64,000 nucleotides of DNA from an uncultured Anaerolineaceae bacterium. Its GTDB lineage: Bacteria; Chloroflexota; Anaerolineae; Anaerolineales; UBA4823. Position numbers and translations under genes: made by a program. This document shows, piece by piece, positions 8,434 through 16,776 of this stretch; within the stretch, counting starts at the first letter, position 1; each line of letters begins with the position of its first letter. Below the pieces are notes generated by a model. The model was not told where the DNA came from, did no database searches, and was given only the letters and a program-made list of their open reading frames with translations. The stretch lies in the NCBI GenBank assembly GCA_964633225.1, contig CAZWFQ010000003.1, positions 26,064 through 90,063 of the forward strand, in the 5' to 3' direction.

Positions 8434-10293
8434 TCAGCCGGCTGCTGCGCCAGCCACTTCTTTTTCCACTTCTTCGTCAATGCGCGTCTGCAAATCATAA
8501 ATCTGGCGATACATACCCTCTTGCGCTAACAGTTCGGCATGTGTGCCCTTCTGCACGATGCGGCCCTTATCTAACACCACGATCAGATCCGCATTCATCA
8601 CGCTTTGGATGCGGTGAGCAATGATGAAGGTCGTCCGGCCCACATTCAAGCAGCGCAGCGCATCACGAATGAAGGCCTCTGTTTCGGTATCTACCGAGGA
8701 AGTCGAGTCATCCAGGATCAGGATACGCGGATCTTTGAGCAGGGTGCGGGCGATCGTCACGCGCTGCTTCTGCCCACCGGAAAGGGTGACGCCCTTTTCG
8801 CCAACCATGGTCTCGTATCCCTGCGGAAAGGTCAGGATGACATCGTGGATGGCAGCCATCTGGGCCGCATCTTCGATTTCGGTGCGAGGCATCTCTCGCC
8901 CCACCCCGTAAGCGATATTCTCGCCAATCGAGCGCGAAAACAAGAAAGGCTCCTGTTCCACCGTGCCAATCTGGTTGCGCAAAAACTCAGGGGCATAATC
9001 CTTCAGTTCCACCCCATCCAGCTTGATGCTGCCGGTGGAGTAATCGTAAAAACGCGGCAGCAAGTTGATCAAGCTGGTCTTGCCAGAACCGGTGGAGCCC
9101 AACAATGCCACCACCTGCCCTGGTTGGCAGGTGAAACTGATATCCTGCAAGATCGGTTCGTTATCGTCTTCGTAAGAAAAGCCCACCTTATCGAAAACAA
9201 TCTCGCCCTGCACCGGTTTCTCCGGCTGGTAGCGACCCACCGTCAGGGCTTCGCGCGGCTGCTTGATGATCTCGCGCACGCGCCCGAACGAAACCAGGCC
9301 GGTAGAGGTCTGCACAATGAGGCGGCCCAGGTTACGCATCGGCCAGATCAGCCAGCCCACAAGGCCAGAGTAGGCCATGTAAGTGCCTACGCTGATCTCG
9401 CCATCAATGGCCATCAGGGCAGCCGCCAGGAAGCCGCCCAGCAGTTGAAAGCCGCACACAATATCTGAGATCGGCCAGAAGAGCGAGTGCATACGTGTCA
9501 GGCGGCGGCCACGCACAAACTTTTCCCAGTTGTCCTTTTCAAATTTCTTACGCTCGTATTCCTGGCGGGCAAAGGCTTTAACCACCCGCACACCGGTCAG
9601 GTTTTCTTGCAGGGTAGTTGAGAGGATGGCCTCTTGCTCTTGATAAGCCTCGTACACCTTGGTGAGACGTTTAAAGAACCACACCGAGGTCAGGATAATG
9701 ATCGGCATCGCCACAATCGAAAGCAGTGCCAACTTCCAGCTCAACTGAAATATCGCCACAAAGTTGATCGTAAAGAGCAGTGCCACCCGCCCAATGCCAA
9801 TGGCCTGGTCGCTGAAGAAGCGCCGCAGCGCGTCCACATCCGATGTACAACGCTCGATCAGATCACCGGTGGGAGTTTTCTTATGATAGCGAAAATACAG
9901 GCGCTGAATGTGATCAAAGAGGTAATTCCGCAAGCGCCGGGTAATGTTCTCTGCTGTGTAAGCGGCCAGCCTGCCCGACAGGAAACTGAAGCTGCCCTCG
10001 ATGGCTGCCAGGCCCAAAAAGCCCAAGGCCACCAACACCAGGGTAGCTCTCAAGTTACCTGGGATCAGATACTGCTTCTGCCCCAATATCGTATCGATAA
10101 AGTAACTTAGCAGCAGATAGGTGATCGTCTTAGCAGTTGCCGAAACAGCCAGACTGGCAGTTGCCCCCAGGTAATGCCAGCGGTAACCGCTCATCATACG
10201 CCACAACCCTAACAGGCGGTTTGGAACCAGAGTCTCTTGAAAATCAAACGTACGTGCTGGGGTAGACAAGCAATCCTTCCTTAGCCAAAACAA
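8434..10293 (-). CDS. ABC exporter, fused permease/ATPase half-transporter (heterodimer partner 1)
   Basis: Walker A GSTGSGKTS, signature LSGGQKQR, Walker B ILILDDSTS. The true start may be the TTG at 10269, which is preceded by AAGGAAGGA. Confidence 0.9.
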   Translation of the reverse strand: MFWLRKDCLSTPARTFDFQETLVPNRLLGLWRMMSGYRWHYLGATASLAVSATAKTITYLLLSYFIDTILGQKQYLIPGNLRATLVLVALGFLGLAAIEGSFSFLSGRLAAYTAENITRRLRNYLFDHIQRLYFRYHKKTPTGDLIERCTSDVDALRRFFSDQAIGIGRVALLFTINFVAIFQLSWKLALLSIVAMPIIILTSVWFFKRLTKVYEAYQEQEAILSTTLQENLTGVRVVKAFARQEYERKKFEKDNWEKFVRGRRLTRMHSLFWPISDIVCGFQLLGGFLAAALMAIDGEISVGTYMAYSGLVGWLIWPMRNLGRLIVQTSTGLVSFGRVREIIKQPREALTVGRYQPEKPVQGEIVFDKVGFSYEDDNEPILQDISFTCQPGQVVALLGSTGSGKTSLINLLPRFYDYSTGSIKLDGVELKDYAPEFLRNQIGTVEQEPFLFSRSIGENIAYGVGREMPRTEIEDAAQMAAIHDVILTFPQGYETMVGEKGVTLSGGQKQRVTIARTLLKDPRILILDDSTSSVDTETEAFIRDALRCLNVGRTTFIIAHRIQSVMNADLIVVLDKGRIVQKGTHAELLAQEGMYRQIYDLQTRIDEEVEKEVAGAAAG

Positions 10294-10383
10294 GGGTGAA
10301 ACAGCCTGCCAGCGATATCCAACATCGCCAGCCCTGTTTCATCCTTGTTGATTGGATTAATATGGTACGGGTAAAACTCAGGT

Positions 10384-11124
10384 TTAGCCGAGGGCCCCTG
10401 ACTGCCACAAGATGACAACTGCCGTACCCACAATGCACAAACAAGCCAAGACAAAACACCCAATCCCAATTCCAATCCACAGGCCTTTCTTGCTCTTCTG
10501 GGAGGGCTCTTCGACCTCCGGCAACTCTACCACCGGGGCTTCATAAGCCGGCTCTGGTGCGCTGTAGACTGGCTCGGGTGCATTGTAGGGGGGGATCTCA
10601 ATCACCGGCTCTGGCGCAACCACCGGTTCTGCCGGGGGCTCAGGGATCGGTTCTGGCTCAGGCTCAGCCAGCACATTGATCACCGGCACCGACTCAAGGA
10701 TGACTGGAGCCACATCAACCGGCTCAACGACTGCCGGCTCTACCTGGGCCGGAGCCACCACCACTGGCTCAGCAGGGGCCGCAGCATGCGGCGGTGCGAT
10801 CATCGTGGCGGCTACGTCAAACCCAGCCGGGGCAAAGGTCATCTCAACCGTTGAGCCGAACATGATCGTCTCGCCGCCCATCAGCAGCTGCGGGCCGGTC
10901 AGGCGTTCGCCATTGACGTAAGTACCATTGGTCGACCCCAGGTCTTCTATCATGTAAACGTCGCCCTGCAACACCAGGTGAGCGTGCCGGCGCGAGATAT
11001 CGGCGTCGCTGACCACAATATCATTGCCCAGGTCGCGGCCGACCACCATCTCTTCTTTATCCAAGTCATAGACCTTCCCCGGGTTTGGGCCGGCCTTGAC
11101 CGTCAGTTGAAAACTTTGTGCCAT
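10384..11124 (-). CDS. FHA-domain protein with Pro/Glu/Val-rich spacer and C-terminal transmembrane anchor
   Basis: FHA core VVGRDLGNDIVVSDADISRRHAHL...IEDLGSTNGTYVNGERL. Low-complexity (P/E/A/V) region, then the hydrophobic tail GLWIGIGIGCFVLACLCIVGTAVVILW. AGGAGG RBS. Confidence 0.9.
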   Translation of the reverse strand: MAQSFQLTVKAGPNPGKVYDLDKEEMVVGRDLGNDIVVSDADISRRHAHLVLQGDVYMIEDLGSTNGTYVNGERLTGPQLLMGGETIMFGSTVEMTFAPAGFDVAATMIAPPHAAAPAEPVVVAPAQVEPAVVEPVDVAPVILESVPVINVLAEPEPEPIPEPPAEPVVAPEPVIEIPPYNAPEPVYSAPEPAYEAPVVELPEVEEPSQKSKKGLWIGIGIGCFVLACLCIVGTAVVILWQSGALG

Positions 11125-11226
11125 TTTAGCCTCCTATGTTGAAGATAATCGTTTGCCGATTTTAAGTATATCACTATTGGCCCCCTTTTATGACACTTGA
11201 CACATATCCAAGCCCACTTATTGCAC

Positions 11227-11256
11227 TTGACACAGCCTCCCCAATCATTTTACACT
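11227..11256 (+). promoter_or_regulatory. sigma-70-like promoter of the aminotransferase gene (TTGACA, 17/18 nt spacer, TACACT)
   Basis: TTGACA at 11227-11232 and TACACT at 11251-11256. Only 7 nt separate the -10 box from the ATG at 11264, and there is no RBS, so the transcript is predicted to be leaderless. Confidence 0.6.
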
Positions 11257-11263
11257 AACAGGT

Positions 11264-12613
11264 ATGATTACTATTCCCGATTCCGAAATCTTGCCTCTCT
11301 CACTTGAACATACCTTTTGGACCTGGTCAGCCCAGGGCAAGGTAGCGCCCATCCCTGTGACGCGCGCCGAGGGCGTCTATTTCTGGGATACCGCTGGAAA
11401 GCGCTACCTGGATTTCAATTCAATGACCATGTGCGTCAACATCGGTCATGGCAACCAACGCGTAATTGATGCCATTGTGGCGCAAGCACGCGCCCTGCCC
11501 TATGCTGCCCCAGGCATGGCAACCCGCCCGCGCGCCGAACTGGGCAAACTGTTGGACGAGATCACCCCACCTGGGCTGAGCAAGTTCATGTTCACCCTGG
11601 GCGGCGCCGACGCCAATGAAAACGCGGTCAAGTTGGCACGCGGCTACACCGGCAAACATAAAATCCTCACCCGCTACCGCTCTTACCACGGCGCCAGCGC
11701 CGGCGCCATGGCCCTCACTGGCGACCCACGCCGTTGGCCCTGGGAACCCACCCTGATGCCCGGTGTGGTGCATTTCCTCGACCCCTACCGCTACCGCTCT
11801 ACCTTCCATCGCCACAACCCAAATATTTCTGAAGCTGAATTCACCCAAGATTATCTCAACCACCTGGAAGAGATCATCCAATACGAAGGCCCCGAAACCA
11901 TCGCCGCCATCTTGATGGAATCGGTCACCGGCACCAACGGCATCATCATTCCCCCGGCTGGTTACATGCAGGGTGTGCGCGCCTTGTGTGACAAATACGG
12001 CATCTTAATGATCGCCGACGAGGTGATGAGCGGGTTTGGCCGGACCGGGAAATGGTTTGCCGTGGATCACTGGAACGTTATCCCCGACCTGATGACGATG
12101 GCAAAAGGCCTGACATCGGCTTACGCCCCGCTGGGCGCGGTGGGCATGAAACCTGAGATTGCCGACGCCTACAAAGATACCGTCTACCAGGGTGGTCTGA
12201 CGTACACGGCCCACCCCATCTCGCTTGCCGCAGCCTCCGCCAACATCCAGGTGATGCGCGATGAGCATATTGTGGAACATACCGCAGCTATGGGCCCTGT
12301 GCTGCACCGCCTGCTGAACGACCTGGGTGAACAGCACCCATCTGTGGGGGAAGCGCGCAGCATTGGCCTCTTCGGCATCATCGAGCTGGTCAAAGACCGC
12401 CGCACGCGCGAGCCCCTGGCGCCCTGGAACAGCTCCAGCCCCACCATGAACGCGCTGCGCAAGCAAATGCTCGAAAACGGCCTCTTTGTTTACACCCACT
12501 GGCACACCGTGCTCATCATCCCGCCGCTGATCATCACCGAAGAGCAGCTCACTGAGGGCTTTGCCATCTTGGATAAAGCCCTGGCAATTGCAGACCAGGC
12601 CGCGCAAGGATAA
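11264..12613 (+). CDS. class-III PLP-dependent aminotransferase (omega-amino acid:pyruvate type)
   Basis: 449 aa. GGADANENAVKLAR, ADEVMSGFGRTG and PLP-lysine context TMAKGLTS. Exact substrate not determinable. Confidence 0.88.
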   Translation: MITIPDSEILPLSLEHTFWTWSAQGKVAPIPVTRAEGVYFWDTAGKRYLDFNSMTMCVNIGHGNQRVIDAIVAQARALPYAAPGMATRPRAELGKLLDEITPPGLSKFMFTLGGADANENAVKLARGYTGKHKILTRYRSYHGASAGAMALTGDPRRWPWEPTLMPGVVHFLDPYRYRSTFHRHNPNISEAEFTQDYLNHLEEIIQYEGPETIAAILMESVTGTNGIIIPPAGYMQGVRALCDKYGILMIADEVMSGFGRTGKWFAVDHWNVIPDLMTMAKGLTSAYAPLGAVGMKPEIADAYKDTVYQGGLTYTAHPISLAAASANIQVMRDEHIVEHTAAMGPVLHRLLNDLGEQHPSVGEARSIGLFGIIELVKDRRTREPLAPWNSSSPTMNALRKQMLENGLFVYTHWHTVLIIPPLIITEEQLTEGFAILDKALAIADQAAQG

Positions 12614-12693
12614 GCAGGGCTTTCTCGCCCGACCCATAAACGAACCTCCGCAAGATCGGCTGGCGCAGTTAAAACGTGCTTTGCCATCATTTT

Positions 12694-12727
12694 GGGGCTG
12701 TCTCAAAGGAATGCTTGAGACAGCCCC
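12694..12727 (+). terminator. 13-bp stem hairpin downstream of the aminotransferase gene
   Basis: GGGGCTGTCTCAA-aggaatgc-TTGAGACAGCCCC. No 3' U-tract (the T-run lies 5' of the stem), so its role as a terminator is tentative. Confidence 0.4.
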
Positions 12728-12821
12728 AGCTCATCAAGATAGGTTATGCAAAAGGGTCCAAGACAGAGGGTATAATCATGTTAAGAGCCCGATGGTTTAA
12801 GATTCAAAGAAGGAGGACGCG

Positions 12822-14390
12822 ATGATCCGAAAACCGCAGAAGAGATTGGCGAAAAGTTATTCCTCAGCACTAGATGCAAAAGGTTGTCTGGTAATCTTGG
12901 GCATCCTGGCATTGGCACTGCTGGTGTGGGCCATATTTTTGCCGGGATTGTGGCCGATGGGCTCAATTTTATACAGCATTTACAGCAACCCGATCGGGTG
13001 GTTGCTGGTCTTACTCATGCTAGGGGTAGGCATTGCCCTGGTCACGCGCCTCAAGATGCAAGCCAAGGCGGCGATTTCTCTGTTGGCAATGGTACTGTTC
13101 CCTATCTGGATCTTGTGGGCAATCGTTTCTGGGCCCATCATGCTGCGAGGGTTGTATGAGCGCACCGTTTACCAACCAGTAACAGAGCTGGTGCCTCTGA
13201 CCGAGAGCCGGGCTGTTTCTTACGCCGAGGCACGCGAGAACTTCAAAAACCAAAACCCCGACACACGCTTTGTGCCTGGAGACCTGGATTACGTCAACGG
13301 GCATTGGGTGGCGGAATTTGGGCCGGTCGGTTTGCTGAATTCGTTGATCTATCCCTCGCAGGGTTTCTTCTTATACGACCCGGCAGGAGTGGATAAAGTC
13401 CAGATCGTACGGCAAGAGATGCCCTTTGCAGAAAACGGCCTGTTATGGAATTCGGCCGAGTTTTTTGTGCGCCAGCATGACCCGTTTGTCGAATTCCACG
13501 AGGTCCTGTATGTGCAAGATGGGCAGGGAGCCTACATGGCTATGATCAGCCTGCTCAAGCGCGCCGGGCTGGCCCGCGTGCCGTATGTGGCCGAGATTGG
13601 GCTGATCCACTCTGATGGAAGTGCCGAATGGCTGACGCCCGAACAGGCAGAGGCCGACCCGCGCCTGGAGGGTGTGCAGATCGAGCCTGAATGGCTGGCC
13701 GCCCAAAAGACCGAGGCTTACGGATGGCGCAATGGGATCTGGGCTGGAATATTCACCCGCCAGGGGCGGATCGAAGTGCAGCGCAGCTCGATCAACGAAG
13801 AGAACAGTGCCCCCTACCACCTGGTTTCAACAGATGGCATGATGTGGTATACACCCTTTGGCCCCTTGAACAAAGACAGCCTCAAAGGGATCATGATGGA
13901 GGCTTCGAACGATATCAATGGCCCGGTGTTCATTTGGGAACTGCCAGGCGATCAGGCTTACCAGGGGGTGGATGCCCTGGCTACTGAGATCAAAGCCGCG
14001 CCCAACCACCCGGCAGATGTGAACTGGCTGCGAGTAAGCCAGGGTGAGACCGAGGTGCGCAGCGGCGATACCGATGTGATTGAACTTTTGCCTGCCCCGC
14101 GCCTGGAGGATGGGCGTGTGGTGTTGTATTTTACCGGCTTCGTGGCGATCGACCCGCCGACCCGCACGCGCTTTTACGTCATCATCAACGCCGAGAACCG
14201 CCAGGTGCTGCAAGATGTGTATTCGGTGGAAGAGGTGAATGCCTGGCTGCAGGGCGAACTGACATTGAGCACGCAGCGTGATGGGCTAGAGAGTACCACG
14301 CTTGAAAGCGGGGTCAATTTGGAAGAGATGAGTGATACTGATCTCTTGAACCTGCTGGAAGCAATTGTGGAAGAATTGAGAAAGAGGTAA
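12822..14390 (+). CDS. hypothetical membrane-anchored protein (3-4 N-terminal TM helices plus about 400-aa soluble domain)
   Basis: AGGAGG RBS at 12811-12816 and a TATAAT at 12771-12776. Hydrophobic N-terminal segments. I recognise no domain. Confidence 0.7.
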   Translation: MIRKPQKRLAKSYSSALDAKGCLVILGILALALLVWAIFLPGLWPMGSILYSIYSNPIGWLLVLLMLGVGIALVTRLKMQAKAAISLLAMVLFPIWILWAIVSGPIMLRGLYERTVYQPVTELVPLTESRAVSYAEARENFKNQNPDTRFVPGDLDYVNGHWVAEFGPVGLLNSLIYPSQGFFLYDPAGVDKVQIVRQEMPFAENGLLWNSAEFFVRQHDPFVEFHEVLYVQDGQGAYMAMISLLKRAGLARVPYVAEIGLIHSDGSAEWLTPEQAEADPRLEGVQIEPEWLAAQKTEAYGWRNGIWAGIFTRQGRIEVQRSSINEENSAPYHLVSTDGMMWYTPFGPLNKDSLKGIMMEASNDINGPVFIWELPGDQAYQGVDALATEIKAAPNHPADVNWLRVSQGETEVRSGDTDVIELLPAPRLEDGRVVLYFTGFVAIDPPTRTRFYVIINAENRQVLQDVYSVEEVNAWLQGELTLSTQRDGLESTTLESGVNLEEMSDTDLLNLLEAIVEELRKR

Positions 14391-14394
14391 CCTG

Positions 14395-15024
14395 ATGCCA
14401 GAACCTATCTCCGGCCCGGCCTACCAGATCTTCACCCACCGCCTGCTGCTGCGCTGCTGGCAGCCCACCGATGCCGCCCAACTGGGGACGGCGATTGAAG
14501 CCAACGTCACTTACCTCTTGCCCTGGCTGAATTTTGCCGCCGATGAGCCGCGCCCGCTCCAAGAACGGATCGAGATGCTGCGCCGCTGGCGCGGCCGCTT
14601 TGACCTGGGGCAGGATTTCGTCTACGGGGTCTTTAGCCGGGATGGTAAATCGGTGCTGGGAAGCACCGGCTTACACACCCGCCAGGGCGAAGATACGCGC
14701 GAGATCGGTTATTGGATTGACCAGGGCCATGCCAACCAGGGATTGGCAACCGAGCTCTCGGCCGCCCTGACCAAAGTGGCCTTTGAAATCGATCACATCA
14801 GGCGCGTGGAGATCCACTGCGATGTACTGAACCTGGCTTCTGCGGCGGTGCCGCGCAAATTGGGGTATCGCCACGAAGCCACCCTGCACGCCCGCACCAC
14901 CGATCACCAGGGCCGCCTGCGCGAGACAATGATCTGGACTCTTTTCGCCGACGAATACCCCGCCAGCCCATCTGCCAAAGCCGAGATCGAAGCGTATGAT
15001 GTGGCGGGGAGGCGCATCATATGA
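14395..15024 (+). CDS. GNAT-family N-acetyltransferase (RimJ/RimL-like)
   Basis: 209 aa. Typical RimJ-like layout (LLLRCWQPTDA..., EIGYWIDQGHANQGLATE acetyl-CoA loop). Starts 4 nt after the preceding gene. Confidence 0.8.
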   Translation: MPEPISGPAYQIFTHRLLLRCWQPTDAAQLGTAIEANVTYLLPWLNFAADEPRPLQERIEMLRRWRGRFDLGQDFVYGVFSRDGKSVLGSTGLHTRQGEDTREIGYWIDQGHANQGLATELSAALTKVAFEIDHIRRVEIHCDVLNLASAAVPRKLGYRHEATLHARTTDHQGRLRETMIWTLFADEYPASPSAKAEIEAYDVAGRRII

Positions 15025-15054
15025 GTCTCTTTTTGGGGTGAGCAGGCATACGGC

Positions 15055-16539
15055 ATGCCCTTCTCTCTGCATCCCCTCTTCCTGGCCCGCATGCAGCACC
15101 TGCTGGGCGACGAATACCCTCGGTTCATTGCCAGCTATGACCAGCCGCCTACCAGCGGCCTGCGCGTAAACACTCTCAAGCTTTCTCCGGCCCATTTCCA
15201 GGCCATTGCCCCCTACGCACTGAAGGGGCTGCCCTGGTGCCCATCGGGCTTCTTGATCGTGCCTGAGGCCGCGTACCCATCCCAGGTTGGCGGCGATGAT
15301 TTCAGCCCCTGCTCCCCCGGCAAACATCCCTACCACGCCGCCGGGTTATATTACTTGCAAGACCCTTCTGCCATGGCTGCCGCGGAGGTGCTGGCGCCCC
15401 AGCCCGGCGAGAAGGTGCTCGACCTCTCTGCCGCGCCGGGCGGCAAGGCAACCCACCTGGCTGCCCTGATGCAGAACCAGGGGCTGCTGGTGGCGAATGA
15501 GATCCACCCCCAGCGTGCCTGGGACCTGGCAGAAAACCTGGAACGCTGCGGCGTGCAAATAGCCACCATCACCAACGAAACCCCCGCTCGCCTGGCAGAA
15601 ACCTTTGGTGCTTTTTTTGACCGGGTGTTGGTGGATGCCCCCTGCTCTGGCGAGGGCATGTTCCGCAAAAGCGAGGCCGCCCGCCGCGAATGGCAGCCCG
15701 AAATGCCCGCCGCCTGCGCCGCCCGTCAATCAGCCATCTTAGAGCAGGCTGCCCGCCTGCTGCGTCCCGGTGGCTGCCTGGCCTATACCACCTGCACCTT
15801 TGCCCCCGAAGAAGATGAAACCGTTATCGGTCGTTTCTTAAGCGAGCATCCTGAGTTCAGACTGCTACCCATCCGGCCATCCGCTGGCCCTAACCGGTTG
15901 CCAGATTTTTCCGCCTTTACCCCCGGCCGCCCAGATTGGACTGGCGACTATGCGCAGCTTCCGTTGGTTGAGGCAGCCCGCCTGTGGCCTCACCGCCTGG
16001 ATGGTGAGGGGCATTTCATCGCCCTGTTGCAAAAGGACCCGCATGCCGCCATCCAGCCAGCCGCTTCGGCCCGCGGCGCGGCGCGCCTATCCAGGCCCAT
16101 TCAACAACTGTTCGATGACTTTTGCAAACACACCTTGAACGGTGAAATGAATTCGCTGAGCAGTTCAGCACGCCTGGCAGTCGTGGGCTCTTACCTCTAC
16201 CTGCTGCCCGAAGCCCTGCCCAACCTGGAAAAACAAGCCAGCCGCCCCCTGAAAGTACTCCATCCGGGCTGGTGGCTGGGCACGCTCAAAAAAGAGCGCT
16301 TCGAGCCAGCCCATGCCCTGGCGTTGGGGCTCTCTGCCGCAGATGTCTGGCACACCCACGCTATCTCAAGCCAAGAAAGCTCAGCCGCAGCTTATTTGCG
16401 CGGCGAAACCTTCTCCAGCCCAGCCCCTGATGGCTGGACCTTGGTGACAATTGACGGATTTCCCCTTGGTTGGGGCCGTTGTGTCAAAGGTCTGTTGAAA
16501 AACCATTACCCCCATGGCCTGCGCCAACATACCCGGTGA
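15055..16539 (+). CDS. rsmF: NOL1/NOP2/Sun-family rRNA m5C methyltransferase, RsmF-like with C-terminal extension
   Basis: SAM motif VLDLSAAPGGKATHLA, catalytic DAPCSGEGMFRK and TCTFAPEE Cys motifs, N-terminal RVNTLK. Confidence 0.8.
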   Translation: MPFSLHPLFLARMQHLLGDEYPRFIASYDQPPTSGLRVNTLKLSPAHFQAIAPYALKGLPWCPSGFLIVPEAAYPSQVGGDDFSPCSPGKHPYHAAGLYYLQDPSAMAAAEVLAPQPGEKVLDLSAAPGGKATHLAALMQNQGLLVANEIHPQRAWDLAENLERCGVQIATITNETPARLAETFGAFFDRVLVDAPCSGEGMFRKSEAARREWQPEMPAACAARQSAILEQAARLLRPGGCLAYTTCTFAPEEDETVIGRFLSEHPEFRLLPIRPSAGPNRLPDFSAFTPGRPDWTGDYAQLPLVEAARLWPHRLDGEGHFIALLQKDPHAAIQPAASARGAARLSRPIQQLFDDFCKHTLNGEMNSLSSSARLAVVGSYLYLLPEALPNLEKQASRPLKVLHPGWWLGTLKKERFEPAHALALGLSAADVWHTHAISSQESSAAAYLRGETFSSPAPDGWTLVTIDGFPLGWGRCVKGLLKNHYPHGLRQHTR

Positions 16540-16545
16540 ATTACA

Positions 16546-16731
16546 TCATGGTTGGGGCGCTGTGTCTTGCGCTTTTTGCGCCAGGTAGGCCTGGTAAGCC
16601 TTCCAACCTGGGCACCAGCCAGTGTGCCATTTCCACAGCCGCGCAAAGAAAGATTTGGGGTTTGCCTCTGCCTTTTGACGCATCGGACAAGTTTCGCACG
16701 GGATTCCTGTTTTCGAACGGTTATCTTGCAT
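16546..16731 (-). CDS. small conserved-looking Cys/Trp-rich protein (61 aa), function unknown
   Basis: AAGGA RBS 8 nt upstream of the ATG at 16731. Motifs CETCP and LWKWHTGWCPGWKAYQ. Confidence 0.5.
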   Translation of the reverse strand: MQDNRSKTGIPCETCPMRQKAEANPKSFFARLWKWHTGWCPGWKAYQAYLAQKAQDTAPQP

Positions 16732-16776
16732 GACATTCCATCCTTATTTCAGGCTGCTATGCGGGCCGGTACCGCG

